A DNA stretch of 64,000 bases from Promethearchaeota archaeon (GTDB taxonomy: Archaea; Asgardarchaeota; Heimdallarchaeia; Hodarchaeales; Hodarchaeaceae), in NCBI GenBank assembly GCA_048938105.1, contig JBHLMN010000024.1, positions 1 to 64,000 on the forward strand, read 5' to 3'. Below the pieces are notes generated by a model that made no database searches, was not told where the DNA came from, and saw only the letters and a list, made by a program, of their open reading frames with translations. Position 1 is the stretch's first letter, and each line of letters begins with the position of its first letter. Shown here piece after piece: positions 1 to 8,667 of the stretch. A program made the position numbers and the translations under genes.

Positions 1-234
1 TTCTAGGCCCGACTTTATGAATCAGGAATGATCTGCTTTTATTGTAAGCAATAAAAGCATAGGTATCAAGGAACGGTAGTTTGAACATATTCATGAAAAA
101 GTTCTCCTCCATATTTCAAATCTAGACTTTGGTATAGATATTCCTGAAGATTGGATTGACACAACATTTGAACCATTCTTTTTTAAACCACCTCAATATT
201 ACGAAAATGGATGGAGATGGATTTATGCGTCATA
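1..234 (+). pseudogene. Degraded histidine-kinase (HATPase_c) C-terminal remnant
   Basis: Frame ending TAA at 234 reads ...HISNLDFGIDIPEDWIDTTFEPFF, like the DxGxGI...IFEPFF G1/F boxes; in-frame TAG at 78-80 and no G2 box. Confidence 0.45.
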
Positions 235-474
235 AAGGTTATTATTGAAAATCACAGTGAGAAAATTTAACTTGCATTCTAAGTAGGCCATGACTTAGAG
301 TTTATGATAACAATTCTTATTTAAGGTGAAATTTTGGTTGGAGTTCACCTTTGAAAAGCCATAATAGCTTTCTTAGATGTTGTTAAACCAGAAAAACTTA
401 AATTGTAATCATTCTTTGATAAAATTTATGAAAATTCCTTGAAAAACAAGTTATATTGATAATTACTAGCAATA

Positions 475-548
475 GGGACGTGGTCTAGTCTGGTGTAAGA
501 TTCCCGGTTCGGGACTGGGTGATCGGGGGTTCAAATCCCCCCGTCCCT
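475..548 (+). tRNA. tRNA-Pro(CGG), no intron
   Basis: Cloverleaf: acceptor GGGACG/CGTCCC, anticodon arm CCCGG-TTCGGGA-CTGGG, T arm GGGGG-TTCAAAT-CCCCC. Confidence 0.95.
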
Positions 549-639
549 ATTTTCTGGTATTTAAAGCAATAGATCAATAGTGATATCATATCAAAAAGAA
601 TTACATACCCCTTTAGAGTATTAAATTTCATAGATAAAA

Positions 640-1038
640 TCAGAGATCCTCGAACCCTTCTTCTATTTCTTCCACTTCATCCTTGGATTCTTCATCTTCT
701 TCAACACTCGGTTTAAGAGTTACAACAAATTCCGAATATCGTGTGAGAAGGCGCTCAATTTGGTCATCTGATAAGAGATTACCAGTTACAGCTCGTATAT
801 CAACGGGTGTTTTAGGGTTTAAATTAACAATTTGGACTACAAGGATACGAGGAAGTTCAAACTCATCCTCAAGAGTTTTGATCACTTCCTCTGAATAAAC
901 AGCATCACGTGAAAGTTTCTCAGCATGTTGTGCAGTGACTCGTTGAACGTAATTAATACCTGTTTCTTCGCGTATTTTCAATAAAGCATAAACTTGCCCT
1001 AGAGGAATAGGTTTCTCTTCCATAACTTTTCTTACCAT
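640..1038 (-). CDS. rpo4: DNA-directed RNA polymerase subunit Rpo4 (RpoF)
   Basis: YVQRVTAQHAEKLS...QIVNLNPKTPVDIRA pattern; conserved synteny downstream of rpl21e. Confidence 0.85.
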   Translation of the reverse strand: MVRKVMEEKPIPLGQVYALLKIREETGINYVQRVTAQHAEKLSRDAVYSEEVIKTLEDEFELPRILVVQIVNLNPKTPVDIRAVTGNLLSDDQIERLLTRYSEFVVTLKPSVEEDEESKDEVEEIEEGFEDL

Positions 1039-1072
1039 TTTTATCTATCAATCCTCAAATAGAACAGGATAT

Positions 1073-1366
1073 TCATGATTGTGCTTTTAGGTGTTCAGGT
1101 CGTGCAATTATTTTCTTGTTGCTCTTTCCATCAGAAACTTGGATTAGATAAGCCTGTCCACGTTTTTCAAGAACAACTCCAGTTTTTCCATGAAATCGCC
1201 TATGAGGTCGCCCTTTTTGGACGCTGGGTTCAATAACGATATTAACTTTAGAGTTAACTTTATAATTTGCTAATGTTCGGGATAGGGAGGGTAAACCACG
1301 TTTCCTTGGATGTTTGGAGAATATTCTTCGTGTCCTAAAGTTCATCCCTTTTGATTTTTTGACCAT
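1073..1366 (-). CDS. rpl21e: 50S ribosomal protein L21e
   Basis: KGRPHRRFHGKTGVV...RPEHLK; ATG at 1366 has an AAGGAG RBS upstream. Confidence 0.95.
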   Translation of the reverse strand: MVKKSKGMNFRTRRIFSKHPRKRGLPSLSRTLANYKVNSKVNIVIEPSVQKGRPHRRFHGKTGVVLEKRGQAYLIQVSDGKSNKKIIARPEHLKAQS

Positions 1367-1510
1367 TACGTATTTCTCCTTAGTAGACAAGCTAATCTCT
1401 GGTTTTTAAGTACTTCAGAGAGTTATTGGCTTCAGTGACACCATAAGAAAGGAGTTTTCTAAACATATTTTTGAGTTTCTTTTGCAATTATTAGATTCTT
1501 CAAAGAATAA

Positions 1511-2866
1511 TCATAGAGAGTCTTTATCAGTAAAAACCTCAATAACATCAAGTTGGGTAACTTCCGCCTCAATGTTAAGATGATCAGAAAGATTTGGTTG
1601 GGTTCTTCCCTCATCTCCACTGATTAGTTCTTTTACATATAATCCTCCTTCGCAGACTATGTAGACTGTCAGTTGATTTGGTTCTATTTTCTTAATTTGG
1701 AATGATTTTACTCTTCTTGATCGAACTTTATCAGCCCTTCGGTGAACCACTCGAATAGGGGTTCTTTGTTGGATAAGTAGATTAGAGAATTTGTCTTCTA
1801 TGGCTAGGATTTCCTTTTCTCCTAGATTTAATGGGGATTTCAGAGAAATAATAATGTTATATCCTTTTGCATTTCTACTGGATTGTGTCTTCAGTTCTCT
1901 AACTTTAGCCCTGTTTGTTAATCCCATAATTTCAATCTCAACTTTTCCATCAGCATTTTTATTAATTTCTCTCTCTAGCTGTTTAAAATCTAGGTTTCTC
2001 TTCTTAGGTTCAGATATCTCAAGAACAAACGGGCGTCCACTTCCCAACATCCGTGCATCAATATCTTCTCGTCCTGAACCATGAAATTTACTTGCCATAC
2101 CTTCAGCTGCAGATAGAATGGGTTCTGAAATGAACTCTTCTACTGATTCTTGATACATCTTACCAGTAAAATTACAATATTCGCATCCTTTACCATGACA
2201 TTTTCTACAGAACCATTTGGATTGTGGAATTCCACGTTTAAATTTCCTATATCTACCCAAGATAAATAGAGGATTACTCTTAATTTTAATCTGGTTATTG
2301 ACCAAATCAAACGTTACAACAATGTCTGGGGCTTTAAATTCCACGAAAGCATAATCAATCTTTTCCTGCAACTGTTTTCCGATTTCTCGATTAAATTCAG
2401 ACTTAATTGATTCTCCAAATTCGAGATTATAGGTACTTCGAATTGTATCTTCTTTATCTATTATAAATGGAGGAAATTGACTTCCTACGAGAAATGTGGA
2501 AAATTCATATTCACTTAAGGCTTTAAGGGCATCAGATGTAAAAATGTTTAATTTATGGGAAGAAATAATATCCTGGCAGATGTTGCAAGGGGTGTTAACA
2601 GGTTGAGTTTCAGGAAAAAATCGTTGAATTGACACTAATCCTATATTGAAGTCCTTAGAAATGAGAGATGATGAATCAGGAGGATCTATTGTTAATAAAC
2701 GATGATTATTCTCCCACTCCATTAGAAGTAATATTTTTAGTGCTTCACCTCGTTTAGCATTCGATAATCCTGTCAATAGATTGCCAAATTGCCGACCTAG
2801 ACACGAATTGCAGCAATGTATGTCACTAATTAATTGGCTAACCTTACTAAGGATTGATGATTTCAT
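1511..2866 (-). CDS. pus10: tRNA pseudouridine(54/55) synthase Pus10
   Basis: CxxCLGR N-terminus, HGSGREDIDARMLGSGRPF catalytic motif, GLYVKELISGD. Confidence 0.95.
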   Translation of the reverse strand: MKSSILSKVSQLISDIHCCNSCLGRQFGNLLTGLSNAKRGEALKILLLMEWENNHRLLTIDPPDSSSLISKDFNIGLVSIQRFFPETQPVNTPCNICQDIISSHKLNIFTSDALKALSEYEFSTFLVGSQFPPFIIDKEDTIRSTYNLEFGESIKSEFNREIGKQLQEKIDYAFVEFKAPDIVVTFDLVNNQIKIKSNPLFILGRYRKFKRGIPQSKWFCRKCHGKGCEYCNFTGKMYQESVEEFISEPILSAAEGMASKFHGSGREDIDARMLGSGRPFVLEISEPKKRNLDFKQLEREINKNADGKVEIEIMGLTNRAKVRELKTQSSRNAKGYNIIISLKSPLNLGEKEILAIEDKFSNLLIQQRTPIRVVHRRADKVRSRRVKSFQIKKIEPNQLTVYIVCEGGLYVKELISGDEGRTQPNLSDHLNIEAEVTQLDVIEVFTDKDSL

Positions 2867-3097
2867 TAATAAACCCCTTCAGTTACAATCTACAGGAATC
2901 AATACAAAGGCTTTTTTCGATTTATGGCTATTTAGTAACCAGAACTTTAGATTTAATCCTCCAATAGGCTAATGTTCCCACATTACCGATATTTTTTTTA
3001 CATTTTTCAAACAAAAAAAAAGCAACTGTACAAATTTTACAAATAGTTGTGTTAAAATAATCCTTATAATAGGAATATTGGAAGTTGAAAAATTATT

Positions 3098-3628
3098 ATG
3101 AGGCGTTTTCTGATAATTTCAAACAGTGTTGATACTTCTAAACCTCTTTCTCTTAATTCGCTAACTGGGTACGGCCGATTGGATGTATTATGTCGTTGTA
3201 TTACCGCTGCTTTTTTTCTTTCAAATGATTTTAGGAAAGATGTTACACTTGAAGTTTATTTTCGGATTAACGAGAAAATTTTAGAAATTCAAGGCGATAA
3301 AGTACGAGGGATTAATCCAGATGAACGGGCAATTGCAGGACTTTTGAGAAAAATCTTTCAAGGTCGTAAATTCTCAGGAATAAGGTTTTATAATGAAAAT
3401 CTTAATAATTTTATTAAAAATCGTAAAATCGTCGTTTTTGATAGCACAGGAGATTATTCCATTCATCTACTCAAAGATCATGATTCATTCTTAATTGGGG
3501 ATCAAATTGGATTTTTAGAGGAAGACAAACAATTATTTTCAAAGTTACCTAAATATTCTTTAGGTTCCCATTTATACTTAAGCTCCCAAACGATTACGAT
3601 TCTCAATTACCTCCTAGATAAAATGTGA
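3098..3628 (+). CDS. trmY: tRNA (pseudouridine54-N1)-methyltransferase TrmY
   Basis: GRLDVLCRCITAAFFLSNDFR, NPDER, SPOUT C-terminus (IGDQIG...SLG); adjacent to pus10. Confidence 0.85.
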   Translation: MRRFLIISNSVDTSKPLSLNSLTGYGRLDVLCRCITAAFFLSNDFRKDVTLEVYFRINEKILEIQGDKVRGINPDERAIAGLLRKIFQGRKFSGIRFYNENLNNFIKNRKIVVFDSTGDYSIHLLKDHDSFLIGDQIGFLEEDKQLFSKLPKYSLGSHLYLSSQTITILNYLLDKM

Positions 3629-3703
3629 TCTATACAAATATTAATGAGGAACTATTATATTGGCCTTTAATAAAAAGAGATGAATTAATGGGGTCTGGAA
3701 AAC

Positions 3704-5065
3704 ATGCGTGAATTGAGAAAATCTTTACAAAAAGCTATTATGAAGATCCGTGGGGCCCCAATTGTAGATAAAGAATTAATTGATGAGTTCTGTAGGGATC
3801 TAGAAAATGCCCTTCTTTCTGGTGATGTCAATCTAGATTTGACTCTAAATATAACCGAAAAGGTGCGGGAAAGAGCATTAAGAGATCAAATTCCACTTGG
3901 AGTCAGTCGTCGTGACTATACTCTAAAGGTAATTTATGACGAATTAACTAATCTTTTAGGTAAACGTTTTACTCCTATGCGGCTAGATCCAAACGAATTG
4001 TCAATAGCGATGTTTATTGGTATTCAAGGATCAGGTAAAACAACATCCATTGGAAAAATAGCAAATTATTTCCAAAAAAGAGGGTATAAGGTAGGAGTTG
4101 TTGGGGGAGATACATTTAGACCAGGTGCTTTAGCTCAACTTCAACAATATCTTGCGCCTATTAATGTTGAAGTTTATGGAGATGAAAAGGAAAAAAAATC
4201 TACAAAAGTTATTAAAAAAGGATTAGATTATTTTAAGGAGAAAAAAAATATCAATCTCGTTTTAATAGATACTGCTGGACGGCATAAGGAGGAGAAATCC
4301 TTATTAAAGGAAATGCAAGAAATTGCTAAGGCTGCCAAACCTACTGAGATTATTCTAGTGGTTGATGCGACGATAGGACAGCAAGCTCAAGCACAAGCTG
4401 ATGCTTTCAATCGGGCAACACCCATTGGATCAATTATTTTGACAAAACTTGATGGTTCCGCTAAAGGCGGAGGAGCTGTCTCTGCTGTTGCAATAACTGG
4501 AGCAAAAATTCGATTCTATGGTGATGGGGAAAAGATTCAAGATTTGGAGGAATTCAATCCGACCCGCTTCGTTGGGTCTCTTTTAGGTATGGGAGATATC
4601 GAGGGACTAATACAAAGTGTAAATGAAGCATTTGACGAGGAAGATACAGCAGAACTTCGCGATGCTTTCAAAAAGGGTAAGTTAACATTACGACATTTTA
4701 AATTACAAATGGAAAACGCTAGTAAACAATCATCTATAGGAAAAATAGTTTCAAAAATACCAGGAGTCAGTGGACTGACTGGAAAACAACCGATACTAGA
4801 AGCTGAAGGCCAAAAAAATATAAAACGGTTCATTGCAATATGTAACTCAATGACAGAAGAAGAATTGGATAATGCTCGAGTGATTAAAGGAAAGCGTATC
4901 CAGAGAATAGCAAAAGGGTCAGGAACTTCTCCTCAAGAGGTGAAACTTCTTTTGAATCAATTCAACCAAGCTGTTAAGCAATTAAAAATGATGAGGAAGA
5001 TGCGAGGACGTCGTGGAGCTCCTCCAGGAGGAATTCCACCAGGATTGGAGGGAATGTTTGGCTAG
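3704..5065 (+). CDS. srp54: Signal recognition particle protein SRP54
   Basis: GIQGSGKTT, DTAGRH, TKLDGSAKGGG, M domain SMTEEE/RIAKGSG. Confidence 0.97.
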   Translation: MRELRKSLQKAIMKIRGAPIVDKELIDEFCRDLENALLSGDVNLDLTLNITEKVRERALRDQIPLGVSRRDYTLKVIYDELTNLLGKRFTPMRLDPNELSIAMFIGIQGSGKTTSIGKIANYFQKRGYKVGVVGGDTFRPGALAQLQQYLAPINVEVYGDEKEKKSTKVIKKGLDYFKEKKNINLVLIDTAGRHKEEKSLLKEMQEIAKAAKPTEIILVVDATIGQQAQAQADAFNRATPIGSIILTKLDGSAKGGGAVSAVAITGAKIRFYGDGEKIQDLEEFNPTRFVGSLLGMGDIEGLIQSVNEAFDEEDTAELRDAFKKGKLTLRHFKLQMENASKQSSIGKIVSKIPGVSGLTGKQPILEAEGQKNIKRFIAICNSMTEEELDNARVIKGKRIQRIAKGSGTSPQEVKLLLNQFNQAVKQLKMMRKMRGRRGAPPGGIPPGLEGMFG

Positions 5066-5105
5066 TTAGGGTTTGTAAAGAGTAAACGATTCTTAAAAAA
5101 TAAAA

Positions 5106-5244
5106 TGCTCCGACCGGGATTTTCCGTCCACAAACATCTTGTTCATGTCTTTTGAACCCGGGTCACAGGGGAACTCCTGAAAAACACATTCTAGCGGATC
5201 TCATTGAGAGCCCTGAATGATGGGCCGAGCTACACTATCGGAGC
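5106..5244 (-). tRNA. tRNA-Glu(CTC) with two introns: 37/38 (5172-5204, 33 nt) and 59/60 (5120-5150, 31 nt)
   Basis: Removing both segments gives a 75-nt cloverleaf; BHB CTCT/GGAG helix at the anticodon intron. Confidence 0.9.
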
Positions 5245-5343
5245 ACTGGAAATTTTCTTAAAGTTTCGATTGATGTGGAAATTGATAATGATTGAGATTA
5301 GATTCAAATTTATAAGTATGTATTCATTGTGAATCTGAGTAGA

Positions 5344-5564
5344 TGCTGGGAGGGGGCTTTTCGTTAGGTAAATTGGAATTTACCTAAATTCGAACCCCCG
5401 ACTTCGGGATGTCTCGTCTGAAAGCGCGAATTATGCCCTTATAAAGTTGTGAGAGGAATTCTCAGATTATGAGTCCCGCGCTATCGGCATTTTGACTATA
5501 GACATTATAATTATACCAGGCTTAGCCACAATAATAAGATTATTATCGTTTAAGCCACCCCAGC
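5344..5564 (-). tRNA. Elongator tRNA-Met(CAT) with four introns: 14/15 (5522-5550), 21/22 (5484-5511), 37/38 (5411-5467), 59/60 (5358-5388)
   Basis: Splicing at BHB-predicted sites gives a 76-nt cloverleaf GCTGGGG TG GCTT AGCCTGGTATA TAGC G CGGGA CTCATAA TCCCG AAGTC GGGGG TTCGAAG CCCCC TCCCAGC A; G1-C72 argues against initiator. Confidence 0.88.
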
Positions 5565-5763
5565 ACATATGATTAGGGGTTATTGCTTTTCGCAAAGTAG
5601 TATCCAGCAATTTTCTTTGCTTTGGCTCTAGGATTTTAAAGTTATGCAGGTACTAGATGTGTGACATCTTTAAGAGAGGATTAATTTAAAAAATTGAGAA
5701 AGAAGGGGCAGACTTAGACGCCTATCGAGCAATAAGATTAAAAAGGTCTTCATTTAGTATGTA

Positions 5764-5868
5764 GCCCCGGTGGTGTAGTCTGGTCTAGCATTGATGGCTG
5801 TCAAAGCCTTATCAAGTTTGATAATCTGCTGAACCCATCCGACTCGGGTTCAAATCCCGACCGGGGCG
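5764..5868 (+). tRNA. tRNA-Asp(GTC), intron 37/38 (5804-5833, 30 nt)
   Basis: GCCCCGG/CCGGGGC acceptor, GATGG-CTGTCA..C-CCATC anticodon arm; 75 nt after splicing. Confidence 0.92.
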
Positions 5869-5880
5869 CTAGGAACTTAA

Positions 5881-5984
5881 GGGCGCATAGCTCAGCCAGG
5901 TAGAGCGACAGGCTTTTATTGATTAAATGTAATATTTATCCTGAAGATACCTGTTGGTCGGGGGTTCAAATCCCTCTGCGCCCG
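5881..5984 (+). tRNA. tRNA-Lys(TTT), intron 37/38 (5919-5948, 30 nt)
   Basis: GGGCGCA/TGCGCCC acceptor, ACAGG-CTTTTA..A-CCTGT; 74 nt after splicing; tandem with tRNA-Asp. Confidence 0.92.
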
Positions 5985-6032
5985 TATTAATTTTGTGGTT
6001 CATGAAATCGAATTTGTATTGTATTACCGTTT

Positions 6033-7304
6033 CTAATTCTGTTTAGTAATCTTTTCTTGTGAAGGAAAATTCATTATTAACAATAATACCAAAGTAATAA
6101 TAGCCATTGTCCCTCCATAAATAAATGCAAGATTAATTTCCAAGTCATATAAGAATCCAGCAATCGTTCCCCCTATAATGCTAGCGAATCCCATTAGAGA
6201 TTGTAATAATCCTATTCCAGTTCCTTTAAGATCCTGAGGAAGCAAATCCACTACAAATGCTTTTTGAATACCGTCTGTTGCAGCATTAAAAGCGCCGTAT
6301 ATTCCGAAGAACAAGAAAAGTAATATGATATTAGTTGTAAAAAGAAAACCAAAACATGTAATAGCAAATAGTGCCAAACCAATTGCAAAAACAGGTTTGC
6401 GTCCATATTTGTCTGACCAACCACCAAAAGGGATAGATAGAACAGTATAAATAATATTAAACCAGATAAAAATAATTATAGGGATTGTTATTTGGACTAG
6501 AGGTGAAGCAGTTTCATCTATTCCTAAGACAACAGCTTTTGAATGAAGGATAAACAAAAGGATAGTAAAATTTGCTAATCCAAAAATTATGGAAATTGCT
6601 AGGAATTTATAGTACATTTGGGGTAAAGCTTTGATATTTTGGATTAAGCTGGTATTACGTCTTCCTCCCTTAGGAACAACTCCTACTGATTCTGAAAGGA
6701 AAAAAATTGGAATGACTGCAAGTACTGAAATAAATGCAGAAATGATAATAATTAGTTTTAGGATTCCTAGCTCACTTAATAAAACATTAAAGAAGAGAAG
6801 AGCTATCATCAATGCAAGGAAGGAACCAATAATAGCACCAGCTGTGTCCATCATTCGATGAAAACCAAAAGCTTTCCCTCTCAGTTCAAATGGAATTGAA
6901 TCAGCCAGTAAAGAGTCGCGAGGGGCGCCTCTAATCCCTTTTCCTAATCTTTCTGTTGGTTTTAAGACTAATACTTGTTCCCAAGAGTTTGACAAACCTA
7001 TTCCAAGCTTCGCGAAAAATGGAATACTATAGCCAAGAACAATTATTCTTTTTCTTCTTCCTGTCTTATCAGCAAAGTATCCAGAAAGAACTTTCACAAT
7101 ATTAGCCACAGCATCCCCTAATCCCCCTATAAATCCAATTATAATGCTAGAACCGCCTAAGGCCGCGATAAAAAGAGGTAAAACAGGAGTCATCATTTCT
7201 CCAGAAATATCTGCAAAGAAAGAAACAAACCCTAGTAATAGAACATTTCCAGTGAACCATGCATGAGTGTTATCTATTTTGTCATTTACTACCAGAGCTA
7301 TCAT
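6033..7304 (-). CDS. MFS transporter
   Basis: ~12 hydrophobic segments; GYFADKTGRR and GGWSDKYGRK MFS motifs. Confidence 0.9.
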   Translation of the reverse strand: MIALVVNDKIDNTHAWFTGNVLLLGFVSFFADISGEMMTPVLPLFIAALGGSSIIIGFIGGLGDAVANIVKVLSGYFADKTGRRKRIIVLGYSIPFFAKLGIGLSNSWEQVLVLKPTERLGKGIRGAPRDSLLADSIPFELRGKAFGFHRMMDTAGAIIGSFLALMIALLFFNVLLSELGILKLIIIISAFISVLAVIPIFFLSESVGVVPKGGRRNTSLIQNIKALPQMYYKFLAISIIFGLANFTILLFILHSKAVVLGIDETASPLVQITIPIIIFIWFNIIYTVLSIPFGGWSDKYGRKPVFAIGLALFAITCFGFLFTTNIILLFLFFGIYGAFNAATDGIQKAFVVDLLPQDLKGTGIGLLQSLMGFASIIGGTIAGFLYDLEINLAFIYGGTMAIITLVLLLIMNFPSQEKITKQN

Positions 7305-7481
7305 CTCAATTTACTTATTAAGCTACATAATGTCATCTTAACATCCATAAAGATGATTAATCACGGAAAAGCAAAATAAATAGAACTCACTTAAATTGAT
7401 ACTATTTTTCCTCTTTTGTTAGTTGATGATATACTTATAGAAAAACAATTAATGAATAAAACTTAAGGAGATATCTTAATC

Positions 7482-8414
7482 ATGGCAATCGTAATAATAG
7501 GAAAGTCAAATTTCGCAGGTAAAATCGCAAAATCAGTGTCGAAGTCAGTTTTTATTGAGATTGAAGAGAAAATTTTTCCTGATAATGAAGTTTGTCCACG
7601 TTTATTATTATCTAGTGGGAACCAACTAAAAAGAAGCCACGTAATCATTATTATGCAGTTAAAATCAAACCAACCAAAGAACCAATATTTAATTTCCCTC
7701 CTTTGGACAATTTACAACGTGAAACAATATAATCCTGAACGAATTTCTTGTATCATGCCGTATCATCTTTATTCAAGACAGGATAGAGCATCTCGGATAG
7801 GTGAACCCATTTCAAGTCAATATCTAGCTTTAGCTTTAGAGTCTGCAGGTATCAATGACTTCGTCACATTTAATTCTCACACATATGGAAAGGTAGATAT
7901 AAGCCAGTTTTTTTTAAGCTCTCGTGCTAGTGATCTTTCTGCGATTCCAATCCTGGGAACAAAACTGAAAGCATGTTTGTCGAATCCTGAAGAGACAATT
8001 TGTCTTGCACCAGATGAAGGTGCGCTTTTTCTAGCCAAAGAAATCGCTAAAACCCTTAATTCATCGTTTTTCGCTGCTATTCAAAAGTATAGAGATCCTG
8101 AAACAGGAGAAATATCTCAAAAACTAGTAGGCTTACCTTTTGAGATTAAAGATCGATCTATTGTCATAATTGACGATATGGTCAGCTCCGGGAAGACAAT
8201 GGTTGGCGCTGCAAAAATTGTAAAGGATAAAGGCGCAAAAGAGATTATTTTTGCCTATATTCATGCTGTTCATTCACCTACTAGTTTTTTAACAATGCAA
8301 GAAGTGAATCCGAGTCTCATCATCACAACTGACACTATTAAAACGGGTATTAGCGGCCTTACAGAAATGAGTGTTATTCCTCTAATTAGTAGTTGGATTC
8401 AAAAGAACTCTTAA
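7482..8414 (+). CDS. prs: Ribose-phosphate pyrophosphokinase
   Basis: FPDNE, PYHLYSRQDR, APDEGA, IIDDMVSSGKT PRPP-binding loop. Confidence 0.9.
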   Translation: MAIVIIGKSNFAGKIAKSVSKSVFIEIEEKIFPDNEVCPRLLLSSGNQLKRSHVIIIMQLKSNQPKNQYLISLLWTIYNVKQYNPERISCIMPYHLYSRQDRASRIGEPISSQYLALALESAGINDFVTFNSHTYGKVDISQFFLSSRASDLSAIPILGTKLKACLSNPEETICLAPDEGALFLAKEIAKTLNSSFFAAIQKYRDPETGEISQKLVGLPFEIKDRSIVIIDDMVSSGKTMVGAAKIVKDKGAKEIIFAYIHAVHSPTSFLTMQEVNPSLIITTDTIKTGISGLTEMSVIPLISSWIQKNS

Positions 8415-8449
8415 TTTAAAATCTCCTTATTTTCCCCTAAAAATGTCAC

Positions 8450-8587
8450 TTACGATAAGTATTTATCAATTAGGTCACGGATGGCTGAACGTACAAATTC
8501 GGAGCGATTTGGATATTTTCCGTTTCTAACAAGCTCAGCCATAGCATCTATAATTTCTTCTTCTACATAAAGTGTCACAGTTCGAAT
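8450..8587 (-). CDS. Small ribbon-helix-helix (CopG/CdrS-like) regulator, 45 aa, not in ORF track
   Basis: (I/M)RTVTLYVEEEIIDAMAELVRNGKYPNRSEFVRSAIRDLIDKYLS; YPNRSE.VR.AIR signature. Confidence 0.85.
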   Translation of the reverse strand: MRTVTLYVEEEIIDAMAELVRNGKYPNRSEFVRSAIRDLIDKYLS

Positions 8588-8667
8588 TTTTCACACCTTC
8601 CGGAAAAAATTGAACGATTGTATTTATCTCTCAGACCTTAAAAAAAGGTTTTGCACAGCACGGTAAT

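Noticed and set aside
5565-5609. A fifth intron in the acceptor stem of tRNA-Met (GCTGG is repeated upstream)
   Set aside because: The acceptor stem is already complete at 5564 and I could not draw a convincing BHB; treated as a leader.
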